The notes beneath the pieces are model-generated. The model was not told the origin of the DNA, ran no database searches, and worked only from the letters and a program-made list of their open reading frames with translations. DNA of 64,000 nt from Dicentrarchus labrax (taxonomy: Eukaryota), in NCBI RefSeq assembly GCF_905237075.1, contig NW_026136706.1, positions 24,783,935-24,847,934 of the forward strand. The letters run 5' to 3'. Of the stretch, positions 10,651-22,040 are shown piece after piece. Numbering within the stretch: position 1 is the first letter of the stretch; the number at the start of each line of letters is the position of its first letter. The position numbers were made by a program, and so were the translations under genes.

Positions 10651-11381
10651 GATGTAAATGACTGAACTCATTCTTGGTGGTTTTTATGGTTTCCTTGAGG
10701 TTTATCTTTTGCAGAAGTAACAAGTGAAAAAAGTACCTGATGACTATTGTCTATTGCAACACTTAAAACAGGAACAGTTTGACAACAATGTAATGCTTTG
10801 TTAAATGATCTAGTACAGAAGTCAAAGGTCATTTTCAATTACATTCAATCAATTACAGAAGTCTACTGTATAAATCGTTATTTGTCATTAGGTTTTCTGG
10901 TGTGGACTGTGTAATGTCATAGTAATTACTTTGATTTCATTTAATTATGGGTTCATACTTTTTAGGTGAATTGACAAAAGCAGTGAATGTGACAGTAAAT
11001 GTCTTCCTCTATTCAATAACTGTGGAGGAAAGCATTGAGTCTGTTTATTATCCTTATCAGTGCATTCAGGGTCAAACATTATAGTTAATTAATTAACATT
11101 AGCTACAACACTTGGGGGAACATTAAGTTCCATTGCATACTGGATGGTAGTCATCAGCCATACATCTGTATATACATGCTAAAAATCCCATTTTGTTCCA
11201 AAATTGTCCAAGTTAAAAAATCCTAGTGAGATCTAAATTCCTGGTCTCCTTTCCTTTATAGTCCATGTTGATGTACATTATTTCTCTCTTTCTATTTACA
11301 CGTACAATGATGCAATTAAAGGCCTTTTGAGTAATCATAACTTACATAACAAAATTATTTATAAACATATTGTTTAAAACC

Positions 11382-11539
11382 TCAAGCCATTTTTTCACAG
11401 ATCCATTTCTGAGCATCCTCACACCGCCGATCATTCCAGTTTCCTTCAGTTTCCTTGCCAGCTATTACAATTGCACAGTCCTCTTCCCCCCACTTTGGAT
11501 CTCCAGCACCACTGTCAGGCTGCCCTCTCACCCAGTACC
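11382..11539 (-). CDS. Lectin C exon 6: CTLD part 3 with QPD/WND and stop (YWVRGQPDSGAGDPKWGEEDCAIVIAGKETEGNWNDRRCEDAQKWICEKMA*)
   Basis: Read from the reverse complement. The TGA stop is the reverse complement of 11382-11384. Acceptor cctag. Confidence 0.75.
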
Positions 11540-11856
11540 TAGGAGGTTATTGAGCAGGTGAATTTTTAACAGCATTTACGACTTCCCAAAAAATAAATGA
11601 TTGCAAGTTTAACATTTTCTGGTGTATTAATTTAAGTATTATTTTGTCTCCACCCACTGAAGTCAACCAGTGAGTTTTTCTGCATGTAGAGCAGCTACTT
11701 TAACATGAAAGGTTGAAAATTAAGTTCAGTCTGACTCTGATAACAGTTATGATACAGTCGTACACAAACAAATGTAGTAATGTACAGCAAGAGTTGTATA
11801 TGTGCCTATATTCAAATAAGGTGTAGAACATTTACTGAATTTACTGTATGCCTTAC

Positions 11857-11960
11857 GCCAGAGTCAGTGGAGTTCCATCAGTCCATTTCCAGGTGCCCTC
11901 ATTGTCTCTGTCAGTCAGACCAATCCAGGTGTCCTTCCTGATGTTTTTAGTGACAAACTC
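11857..11960 (-). CDS. Lectin C exon 5: CTLD part 2 (EFVTKNIRKDTWIGLTDRDNEGTWKWTDGTPLTLA)
   Basis: Read from the reverse complement. The exon is 104 nt, matching paralog B exon 5. Acceptor ttaacag and donor GTAAGG. Confidence 0.75.
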
Positions 11961-12394
11961 CTGTTAAAGGTAAAGGAAAGAAATCCCATCTTTAGTTTGA
12001 ACCTTATTATATATATATAATTATATTGATTAATTTCAATAAGATCCACTAACATTCACTATCACTATCTATGTCTACATTTGCATCATCTATACAGCTT
12101 GAAATGGACATAAAAGTTCATTCACACATATGTAGATGAGGCAAACTTCAACCTGAAGGAGGGGAAGGAATCTGATCTTCCAGACTGATATCTGTTCTCT
12201 TTTTATTCCAAGATTCAATGGATTCATCCATAGAAGTGAGGAAAATGACATTGCTCCCATTCAAATCAACCCAACGATGATTACAGATTATAAGAAAATG
12301 AAATATATTCTAATAAAAAAGTATGATGAAGAGTAGAAATCATAGTCAGTGGTGGAAGAATCTGCTGCATCTAAAAGGAAAAACTGCACACTAC

Positions 12395-12537
12395 CTGTTC
12401 TTCAGAACTGTCTATGATCACCAGATCTGCTCCTCTCTCTCTGCAGTCTTGTCTGCCTTCTTCCCAAGAATGAGAATTATTGGAGAAGAGATAACAGGTA
12501 CAACTGAACATCTTCCATCCTGCAGGGCAAGTTTTCT
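12395..12537 (-). CDS. Lectin C exon 4: CTLD part 1 (KKTCPAGWKMFSCTCYLFSNNSHSWEEGRQDCRERGADLVIIDSSEEQ)
   Basis: The frame matches ORF 12371..12562(-). The exon is 143 nt, the same length as paralog B exon 4. Donor GTAGTG. Confidence 0.8.
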
Positions 12538-13129
12538 CTGTAAAATGAACCAAACAAAACACAGTAAAGATCAGAAAAGACCCATGTTCTTCTATTTGAA
12601 AGGGTGAGATTAAATATATGTTCTGTGGATGACAATGTTTGTGTACACGGGCATTTATGATATAGTGAATAATGAATAAAAACAGGCCTTACCCAGAATG
12701 TAACAAAATAACTATTACAGCTTTATTAAAATGTCCCTTTGTTCCTAGTGCAGTTAATGTGCTTAATAGTGTGGACCTGATGTCACCAACTGGTTTGTGG
12801 AGTGCTGTTTTGAAGGATGTTTCTGAAACTATTTTTAGCAAGAAATTGATAATTATTTCATTATATTGATCAGCACTGCCTAGTTTGACAGTTTGATCTG
12901 AGTTTGGTGCGTTCAGCTGGACAGACTCACTGAGAATGAGCTGTCAATCACAAGGTAGCCACACTCTAAAGCGTACTCTGCTCTAACGTCTGTTTTACTC
13001 TTAATGGGACCATCATTTATTAAATTAACATCATTTTGCATTAAGAGGACATGAAACCAGCAACTGAGACCATAAATTAATTAGGAAACTGTTTACTGAG
13101 CTAATAAATCAAATGAGACTCCCTACTAC

Positions 13130-13285
13130 TGGACTCTTTTGCAACCTGTGGAGCTGCCCCCCTGCTGGCCATTACATAGAATGCAGGATACTTTGCGTTG
13201 GCTTCAAGTCACAGGCCTGCAAGCTCTGCCCTTTATATATACTGTCAATGCACTGACCATCGACTTCTCAGCAGCACTTATCATG
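13130..13285. repeat. Interspersed repeat (…ggagctgcc.cctgctggccat.aca.agaatgcagg…tactgtcaatg…); a second copy lies at 35095-35250 in a PARP4 intron
   Basis: Direct alignment of the two regions. Confidence 0.55.
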
Positions 13286-13911
13286 GCTACCATTATTATA
13301 GTTGTACATTCTAATAGTACTTTTAATTAACTTGAATGCTGTGTCTACTATGAATCAAATTTACCCTTGACATAGAATAAAGATCTAAACTGGACTCAGA
13401 TGACGCATGTTGTATATAAAATTGTCGCAAGCAAAAATAGTTACGCATATAAAGAAGATGCATTATTATTTGGAAGGATCACAATCTTATAAGGAAGTGA
13501 AACTCTTTAAAGTGGCCACATTTAAAACATTTGAAAACTCTGGGGTTTAACAAAAATAGATACTAATAACATCTTAAAGTGGAAAAGGTGCCTTATACAT
13601 AATCATTTGTGAATATACAGTCTACATAGTGTGATGACACAGGTTCATCACTAAACAGTCTGCATCCTGTGCCTTATTGAAGTGACAGCTATGAGCCTAT
13701 TTACTGTCTCATTTACAGTAAATTGTGCAATTTTACAACAGCAATGAGACCAAGAAGATGTTCAAATAAAGTTAATAGTTAAGTTTGGACAAGGTGATGT
13801 AAGTGTTAAACATATTCTCTGAATCGTGCTATTCTGTACTCGAGGCTGTGGTGAGTCCTGATCTCTATGTTGAGAGACAGCTGTGCAGAACCCACATAGG
13901 CAAACACTCAC

Positions 13912-14043
13912 TCTGTTTGGGCAATCTCTGAAGCCTGTCCACCTCTTTAGTCATTTCAGTGAGGCTGGCATTCAGCAGGTCTCTCTCTTCAGTCATGGAG
14001 GACAGCTTGTCATTGATGGAGAGTTCTGCAGATGAGTCATGGT
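13912..14043 (-). CDS. Lectin C exon 3: neck (YHDSSAELSINDKLSSMTEERDLLNASLTEMTKEVDRLQRLPKQ)
   Basis: The frame matches ORF 13865..14086(-). Acceptor tttcag and donor GTGAGT. The neck is shorter than in paralogs A and B. Confidence 0.75.
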
Positions 14044-15211
14044 CTGAAATAAATACATGTGTGTTTTTAGATACATGTTTCCTCATCTGAAAATACCTAA
14101 TTCATTCTGACTGAAGTTTCTATAACAATGTTCATAAATCACGTTTTCTGCTTATGCAATCTGTTAAATGTCAGCTTGCCTTCCCAGTGAAATGCAAGAC
14201 TCTGCCAACATCCTTCCCAGTTTTGACCAGATTTCTCTGACAATTTGAGCCCCTGTGGATCCCCACTATGGAGAACAATATGTCTCTGACTGTTACTGCT
14301 ACTTGCAAGCCATAGCTATAAAAAGAAACGGTGTATGGGTGTCACTGTGGACGGACACTGCCATCACATCATCTTGGGTCAACCAGATCAGGAATATCCA
14401 GCTTATCTGGATCTTTCTGGCCAAACTGGTTCAGGAAGACCACCATCTTAATGAAGCAGCAGGTCAGGATGAAGGACCTGCTTTTGTCTTTGTGAGAGAG
14501 TCTGTGGAGCAACTCTTTGAAGTTGTCTGTGGCAAAATTTTGCAACTCTGTTGCCATTATTTTATAATGCTCCTTTTTTAGTAACCTGGTGTCCAGCATA
14601 GGACTACAGTCAAGAGGTGAAAGCCACTATTGTGGAGTGTACTCCAACATGCAAATCAGCAAGCATGAACTCATTAACACTAGCATGGGCTTCAAATTCA
14701 TCCAGAAGTGGAGTTTTGGACGCGGTAAAAGTCCATATGGGTGTTTTCATGGACATCTTTATTGTGTTGCTGCAACTGTCCGCTCTGTTGATGTAAAAAA
14801 TGGTGACATTATTCTGGGATTTTCTTACTGGGACTCTATTGCTGCTCTATGAAAGGAAGATGCCAGGGGTGCCAAATGTGGCACAGTGGGACGAGACAAT
14901 TAAACAGTTTTTTGTTCATTTTTGCTGCTCTAGCTGCTTGAATGTGACTTTTTACCATGGGTGGAAAAATTCATGGTTCGTACAAAATATATTCTTATGA
15001 TGTCAGTGTTGCTTCTGTGATGCTTTTCAAAACAGACAAAGTGCTATAAAGACAATGAGTAAAGGAAAAATACATCACAGAAAAGCCAGGATGGCAAACA
15101 GACATTTTGGTAAAACAAGCAGCTTTAGAGCAGAACAAAGCTCCTAAATGCTCCAATGCTCCTAAAAAAACACAATTCAAACTGAAGTTAACTCATTAAA
15201 ACCAGACTCAC

Positions 15212-15313
15212 AGTGCACACTGAGGGCGATGAGTCCAACCAGCAGGAGAACAGTGAACAGCCCCAGACAGAGAACAACAGATCCATGAAATCTCCTCTCA
15301 GAGCTCGTGGGAC
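15212..15313 (-). CDS. Lectin C exon 2: transmembrane segment (GPTSSERRFHGSVVLCLGLFTVLLLVGLIALSVH)
   Basis: The frame matches ORF 15177..15383(-). The exon is bounded by an acceptor ag and a GTGAGT donor. Confidence 0.75.
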
Positions 15314-15412
15314 CTGAAAGATCAGTGAATACAGTCAAGTGTACAATATTAATAATGACAGATGATAATATGTATCTGTGCACAACCTCTCAGTCTGACT
15401 GAACGGTCTTAC

Positions 15413-15479
15413 CTGTCTGATTTGCTAAGGGTCTTGGGTCGACGGGTTTATATTCAACTTTGACATAGATTTCCTCCAT
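15413..15479 (-). CDS. C-type lectin receptor paralog C, exon 1: MEEIYVKVEYKPVDPRPLANQT
   Basis: Reverse-complement ATG at 15477-15479 and donor GTAAGA (rc at 15407-15412). An out-of-frame upstream ATG sits 5 nt upstream, as in paralogs A and B. Confidence 0.65.
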
Positions 15480-17298
15480 TGCTCATAAAGTCACCAACTA
15501 TTTCCTAGAGAGTCAGCTCTGCAGCACGGTTACAGCACAGCAGAACGATGATATAAGTCAACAATTTCTCTGCAACTTCTGAGGAAGTCACAAGTTTCAG
15601 AGGTGATAAAAATAGTTTGTACAACAATTAACCAACTGAAACTCGATTTCTTTTCACACGTGTAATGATAGTCACATGAACAGATACTGTACATAAGAGT
15701 GAAGTCCCTAGATACACTGTATACACTTTATTTTAAGCTTGCACTGTTGAAGAAGTTAGCTGAATTGGCGACTTCAAATGACCTCTAATGAGGAGAGAAT
15801 AAATAAATGTAACACCCCTCAGAGAGGAATGATTGAGTCGCTTTATTTTATATTAACATTCTCAAATTTAATTTACCCTAAAAATGATATGTAACCCTTT
15901 CAAACACCACTGCAACATGTATATTGGAAAAATTCAGCAAAGGACAAAAATATCACGTCTTATCAAGGTCTTGTGAGTTACCAGGTAAGACAAAACGCCA
16001 AGGTCGCACTAGTGTAACTAGCAAGGCTATTTTGGGAAATGCTCATTTGATTTCTTGCTTTGAGTTCAATGAGAATGAAACATTATTAAGGACTGGAAGC
16101 AACAGGGAAACCCCTTGTGTGAGCTCAGCACTTACCATTATCCAGCAGCGAGTTCTATCTTCAGAGACATTCATGTGATCCAACACGACGTCTTTAGTCA
16201 GCCCAGGAAAAAAGACACGTCTTCCCAGGGTGAAATCAACGTTCAAATTTTGTTGTCTTTTTGTCAAGTATTTCTATGGATTGACACAAAATTTGGTCCA
16301 AGATGCATCAACTTACTGACCCATGAGGTACAACCACACTGAGTTTACTGCTCCTGTAATGATCTCTTGAAGATGATGATTACAGTCTCACTGGAATATC
16401 AACTCCCACCATAACAAAGAACAACAAATGACCACCAATACACCAAGTCTCTTGTGTGTAATTCACTTTTTGTCAAAAACAGGTATTTCCTACACAAACC
16501 ACTGGTCATCAAAGTAAAGTAATGGATCAGTTGCTCTGTCAGCGACTCTATTAACTATTAACATCAGTCTTATTGTTGTCCCAACAATAAGTTCCTTGAG
16601 CTAAATCTTGTCAAAGGACATCTACTGCACACACAGTTCCTGGTATTTATTTTGCTTTTGGTAAGAACACATAATATAATCTTCTGTAATAACAGACCTG
16701 CCATTAGGTTTGCTAGTTATATCTTATTTGACAGGCATCAATACACATAATGTGAGATTGTTATTGCCCTCATTGTTACTTCAGGCTAACACTATCAGCA
16801 CTAAAACAGGCCAACTTAGTGACAATGACAGAAAGTAATTGTGTAAACTATCACCTTAAAACACATTCTTAATATCTAGGAAGAAAAAAAACCCAGCAGA
16901 GTGCAATTTATGCATTTATTCAAACTTTATTTTTAATGTTTGAATGGTGCTGATTAATCAAAAATGCTGATAAAGTTCTGTGTGAAAAGGCTGAAATAAA
17001 AAGCAGCAGTAGTAGTGAATAACTGAGGCATGTTGAACGCTGTGTTTTATCCTTGATGGGAGTGAATATTTGTTTCACACTTTGATCATGATGTTTTTTA
17101 GATGGCTAGGTTAACAAGTTCAACCAAACAAATGTATTATTAACAGCTTAGTTGTTTATGAGAGGAAAAACAGACAGTATTGGATTGGTGTCAGTATTGG
17201 CACGTATCGGTACTTTTTTCATGTCCGTCTGTATCAGACATGAAAAAGTGGCATTAAGCTGTCCCTGTTTTTCCATTCTATATTCATTCCCTGTAATT

Positions 17299-17325
17299 TA
17301 CTACTACTACTACTACTACTACTAC
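17299..17325. repeat. (TAC)9 microsatellite
   Basis: Direct read. Confidence 0.9.
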
Positions 17326-18324
17326 TATCATTGTATTTTTTTCAGTTTGATCTTATAACATACAATGAAGTAATAAAAGCTGGTTGTATATGTAAGTCAA
17401 GTTGTAGGCCTCACAGTGACACTGTCCCTGCCTTAAGCCTCTGTCATAGACACAAGTAAACTTAAAAAGAAAACCCAGTTACCCATATACATGGCGGAGA
17501 AATGAGCTTTCTCCAGGAGAAGTTTCGCTGGAGAAATCTCAAATACCTTACCCCGATTAAAGAAACTGTTTTGTATTTTACTTACTGCAGAATTGCAACT
17601 GTATCTTTGTTATTTAGTTACAACTGACCTTCCTAAGTTCTGCACATTTTGAAAGCTCGGTCAGCTTCTCCTTTCCTGTGCTTAGATATGCTTTGTGTTA
17701 GGCTTGTCTATGTTGAATAGACAACCACATTCTAAAGATGGTTAGAAGATAAAAGTGACGTTGTTGTGTTCTTTGTTTGAGAAAGGACCTTAAAGGAAGT
17801 GTAGTCCTCAACTTCTTTTATTTGAGAGAATAAGTAAACAACACAGCTGTGGGTCCGATCTGCTTCACTCGAAAGGTCCGCAGGATCAGGCACCAGGAGC
17901 ACAGTCTGCTCCCTCTTTTTTATGAGTTTGTTATTCTGGGTGTCATCCTTCCTGATTAGTACATGTGTCACTATCTTTATTGGTCCTTATTTTGGCAGAG
18001 GCGGTTTCTTTGTATAATTCTGCAATGACCACTGTCCACACTCTGCCCATCACCTCCCAGGCTGGAGGTACTAAAATGTAATCAAAAAGGACAAAGGGTG
18101 CGCTTACTTACAGTGGGTGCTTCACCAGCTTATTGATTATTTAATTTAATTTTGAGTGAATGACTAAGGCTCAGTGTGTTTCTCATTTAGAGACTATTCT
18201 AAAACCTGCAGGCAAAGGTCACCAAGATAATCAGGAAGGACCTGTGACTGTGTCAGCAGAATATTTCCCTACACAATGCCTGTTTTGTTTCCAACACCCA
18301 GTATAACAAACCCTCGTCACATGT

Positions 18325-18330
18325 TTTATT
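18325..18330 (-). terminator. parp4: Candidate PARP4 polyadenylation signal (AATAAA), about 440 nt after the stop. An alternative ATTAAA lies at 18656-18661.
   Basis: Hexamers seen in the reverse complement downstream of the stop codon. There is no EST support. Confidence 0.3.
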
Positions 18331-18339
18331 GTACAAATA

Positions 18340-18480
18340 TCTCACAACGTATATATAGTCATATATTAAGCTAACTAACTAGCTAGCTAGCTAAAAACTG
18401 GCCATCTAACTAGATGCTAGCTAATGACTGATGTACACTAGCTAGCAAGTAAGCTAGCGTTTTGCTAACATTAGCTAGCG
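18340..18480. repeat. Low-complexity block rich in TAGCTAGC / GCTAGC palindromes, inside the predicted PARP4 3' UTR
   Basis: There are more than 12 GCTAGC or CTAGCT motifs in 140 bp. Confidence 0.7.
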
Positions 18481-18767
18481 AACGTAAGAGGTGACAATAT
18501 ATGTCGCGTTTATCTTTTAGCTATCTTCAAAATGTGGTTGTCTTTCCAGCATAGACGAGCCTAGCACGTAGCGTATCTCAGCACAGGAAAGGTTCTGATC
18601 AATGGCTCAACTGCTATTGGAGTACAGAGTTAAAAGGGGCGGGGCTTAGGAAGGTTTAATTGAAGACACTGACAGTTCAAAGTACTTTACATTGGCCAAA
18701 GAAATGGGTCTACGTCTAAAAAGATAATCTCATCCCCTCACACCATCTTCTCCTCCAGCTGGCCCGC

Positions 18768-18975
18768 TTAGTGGACCAGTAACGGGGCAGCGGTCTTCTG
18801 CAGGTTCAGACCACTGAGAGGTGAGAAGGGAGGGAGGCCTTCGTAGCCCAGCAGCTGACGCGTGGAGGATTCCCAGCTCCGCCCAAACTCCAGCCGGCTG
18901 TAGACACATGGGTACTGCCGGTCGGCCCAGCAGACCCAGTCCACCGCTCTCTTCAGCTCCTCCCACCGCTCAGGC
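18768..18975 (-). CDS. parp4: PARP4 terminal exon (RPERWEELKRAVDWVCWADRQYPCVYSRLEFGRSWESSTRQLLGYEGLPPFSPLSGLNLQKTAAPLLVH*)
   Basis: Read from the reverse complement. The human C-terminus is …SEWVRRTEGQYPSICPRLELGNDWDSATKQLLGLQPISTVSPLHRVLHYSQG*. The TAA stop is the reverse complement of 18768-18770. Confidence 0.75.
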
Positions 18976-19287
18976 CTAGAAGAAAAAGTCAGTAGTTACC
19001 AAAAGAGGTAGCCGCTCTGGGAACAGTGACAGCTAAGTTTACAAAAATCATCCAGAGAAACAGACAATTTGGATTGATCAAATGCGGTGTTTTTGAATGA
19101 CATTTTAAATCTACTGTAGGTTGTAACCCACATGTGATTCTAACTGAACCTCAGGCTCAGAAAGATTTGCTTCATCAACATAAGAACACTTGTTTTTGTC
19201 CTCATGTGTCCTGGTTCGAACATTCCCACAAATACCAAAAAAGTGAACACGCCATCTTCATGTCGTTTCGTCTGGTTTTGGACAGAC

Positions 19288-19420
19288 CTGGTCTGAGAGG
19301 AGTCGTCCAGGCAGAAGAGGGTGCGCAGAAGTTTGCCTTCCTCAAGCCTTTTCACCCTCATCAGCTGCAGAACCAGAAGAGTCGCCACCAGCTTTAGGAT
19401 GTCTGCATGGGCCCTCGCAC
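19288..19420 (-). CDS. parp4: PARP4 exon 34 (GARAHADILKLVATLLVLQLMRVKRLEEGKLLRTLFCLDDSSQT)
   Basis: Codon positions were calibrated against ORF 19140..19487(-). The human equivalent is VKGRECLLDLIATMLVLQFIRTRLEKEGIVFKSLMKMDDASIS. Confidence 0.8.
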
Positions 19421-19871
19421 CTACAGCATACACACACACAGGGATCACAGTTATTACAGTACAGTACAACTGCAACGATTGGTCCATACGTGGTCATTTA
19501 CTAAATTAATCGCCAAATATTTTGATAATTGATTTTATGGAAGTCGATTTTAAAGGAATGCACACAAATTCTTCAGTTCAGTTTCTCAAATGGGAATATT
19601 TTCTGCTTTAATTAATCCTCTTTGACAGTAAAGTGAATATCTTTGTGTTGTGGACAAAACAAGAAGAAAAAAATTCTAGCCCTTGGACAACTAGTTGAGG
19701 ACTATGTACATAATACCTTATGGTACATTAACTTAAGTGAATGATGTTAACGGTTCTGTCCCCACTGTATATTCCCAATCTTACAGTCCCAGAAAGGTTG
19801 GTTCAAAATGGTCTGAAATGACAAAGATATTAAGACTCTGAAGGCCTGAAACTGATTTTAGGAGTTCTCAC

Positions 19872-19974
19872 CTAGAGAATGGATGCCCTTGCTTTTCAGG
19901 AACACGTTGGCAAAGAGATCTACATCGACGTTTATTAATTCTCCCAGCTCTGTGGTTAACTCCCAGTAGCCCTC
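19872..19974 (-). CDS. parp4: PARP4 exon 33 (EGYWELTTELGELINVDVDLFANVFLKSKGIHSL)
   Basis: Read from the reverse complement. The human equivalent is EDGFWKLTPELGLILNLNTNGLHSFLKQKGIQSLG. Acceptor ttgcag and donor GTGAGA. Confidence 0.75.
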
Positions 19975-20585
19975 CTGCAACACACAGATCAAAAGAAAAT
20001 TCAATTCCTATGCAAAGTGGCAGCAAAACATTAATGTCCAACTTCCCTCAGGACTGCCAGTATGAGCATGCATGTTATAGTAAAGGACAGCACAACCTTA
20101 AAATAAAACAAACAAGAAACAGTAGTGCAAGTTGTTTTGGACAACAGTATCCACTAAATCGGTAGTTCCCAACCTGGAGGACAGGACGCCCACGTGGGGT
20201 CACCAAAGCTTCATGTAGTTGGGATTTTAAGGGTTGTAAGAAAACTTCAAAAATACACACAGTAAGCCTATACCTCAGCTTTGTATTAATTTCTGTGAAA
20301 AAATGCAATTTCTGATGATCCGATATTTATTAAAGTTTAATTTTTCAAAATTTGTTTTTTTTATTTAAGATCTAAACTTTGAAGAACTGAACACAAGCTT
20401 TATTAACAGAGCCTCCACTCTGATAAACAACCAAACATCCAATAGAACAATGAGAAGAAAAGACTGAAAGAAGCCTTTAAGTACGTAGGATTGTTAAAAA
20501 AACAAACATAATATAGATGCTAAAGTTCCTACACTATCAGCAAAACTCATCTCTGTTGCAATACTCAAGGAAAACGGTTGGAAAC

Positions 20586-20693
20586 CACTGCACTGCACAT
20601 TCTATCTTGCCAGCAGGAACTGAGAAGGCTTAAATTAGGGAGTAGGCACGAGTAAACCAGCATACACAATATCAGGACCCTGGAGTTGCTACA
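20586..20693 (-). CDS. parp4: PARP4 exon 32 (CSNSRVLILCMLVYSCLLPNLSLLSSCWQDRMCSAV), tentative
   Basis: Same ORF frame as exon 31, after acceptor ttccag. The CWQD segment matches human IQHWQD. The donor gtttcc is weak, so this boundary is uncertain. Confidence 0.4.
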
Positions 20694-20786
20694 CTGGAAT
20701 GAAAAGAAGCTATTATTTGTGTTCTTAGTTTCATCTGTGCAAGTGCAGCATTCAAGCAGATCCAATGAAATTGTATCACATCTTAC

Positions 20787-20847
20787 TGAATGCTGCATCT
20801 GGAAGATCTTTGTCCATCTGAGCTTCAGTGCTTCAGAACGTGCTGTC
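20787..20847 (-). CDS. parp4: PARP4 exon 31 (ETARSEALKLRWTKIFQMQHS), tentative
   Basis: Acceptor gtttcag and donor GTAAGA. The phase matches both the 2-nt overhang of exon 30 and the frame of ORF 20565..20798(-). Similarity to human is weak in this divergent tail. Confidence 0.45.
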
Positions 20848-21153
20848 CTGAAACAACATGATCAAAACAGGACTCTCTAAGTGAATACTGGCAATATTAT
20901 ATATTATTATAAATACCCACACGTAACCACACACACACTTGAGCTGACTCTCTTTCTTCCACATGCATAGATACACATACACAAAATAACTTTCAATCCA
21001 CTAGTCAGTTAACATAGAGATAATGGATTCTGTTTTTCATTTTGTCAACCAAAGCTTGCAGCCATTTTAAATAAGCACAGCAACAATTGTCTTACAATAA
21101 TTATTATCAGGGTTGAAGGATATCTTAAAACAAGTAAAAGTTTTGGGACTTAC

Positions 21154-22040
21154 TCAAAGAGTGGATATTTTGCTGAACGCTGAGGTCGAGAGAACTCCAT
21201 TCGACCAAATAGAGCTCGGGTTCTCCTTTTAGTAGCTGTGATATCAGAGAATGATGATGCTTTGCTTGGACCAATCAGATTATCTGCAGACTTTGCAGAT
21301 GCACCGGAGAACATGGAAGTCCTTATTAACTGGTGCCTGGTAGGTTGAGAAGCTCCGAAGAGAGTGCCACAAGGAGCAGAAAAACCCTGAGCAACAATGG
21401 GAGCACCAATGGATGGAGGAGGAGGAGGACGAAGAGGAAGAGGAGGAGGTGAAGAAGGATCATATGAGAAAGACTGACCAACAATGGGAGAACCAATGGA
21501 TGGAAGAGGAGGAGGACGAGGAGGAGGTGAAGAAGGATCATATGAGAAAGACTGACCAACAATGGGAGCACCAATGGATGGAGGAGGAGGAGGAGGAGGA
21601 GGAGCATGTGGATGTTGAGAACGATCCATTGAGACAGCCTGAGCACCCATAGCCCACACATGTTTTTTAAATGAGTGCCGAGTAGCAGAGTGAGCAACAT
21701 AGAGAGGGAGAGGAGGAGGTTTGAAAAGATTAGATGGGACAGCTGGAGCACCAATGGAAGGTGGTGGAGGAGGAGGATGTGGAGAACTATCGATTGAGAG
21801 AGCCTGAGCACCCGTAGCACTAAGAGTAAGTGAGTGTTGCCGAATAGAGGACTGAGGAGGAGGTTGAGAAAGATTAGCTGGGACAGCTGGAGCACCAGAG
21901 GAAGGTGAAGAACGTCCGGATTTAAACACAAAACCACTTTGGCTAAAAGACAGTTCAGAGTCATGGCATAGGCTGGTTTCAGAGTGACACAGAGGAAGAG
22001 GAGAATCATAGATCATGTAGCACATGGACCAGGTCAAAAA
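21154..22040 (-). CDS. parp4: PARP4 exon 30: 887-nt proline-rich region with internal tandem repeats (…PPPPPSIGAPIVGQSFSYDPSSPPP…)
   Basis: Codon positions were calibrated against ORF 21150..22046(-). The apparent in-frame TAA is really part of a perfect GTAAGT donor (ttga|GTAAGT). The exon corresponds to the proline-rich tail of human PARP4. Confidence 0.7.

Noticed and set aside
19140-19487. The 115-aa ORF as a single exon
   Set aside because: Only 19288-19420 is exon 34, bounded by AG and GT sites with phases matching its neighbours. The rest is intronic read-through.
21150-21157. TAA at 21150-21152 as the PARP4 stop codon
   Set aside because: The TAA is part of a perfect GTAAGT donor (ttga|GTAAGT). 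Human PARP4 continues for about 300 aa, and downstream exons 31-35 with matching phases and C-terminal homology exist.
21326-22009. 227-aa leucine-rich minus-strand ORF and 79-aa EEEE-rich plus-strand ORF (21413..21652)
   Set aside because: These are alternate-frame or antisense readings of the PARP4 proline-rich repeat exon (CCN and GGN codons). The PARP4 frame (ORF 21150..22046) is the one supported by homology and splice phase.
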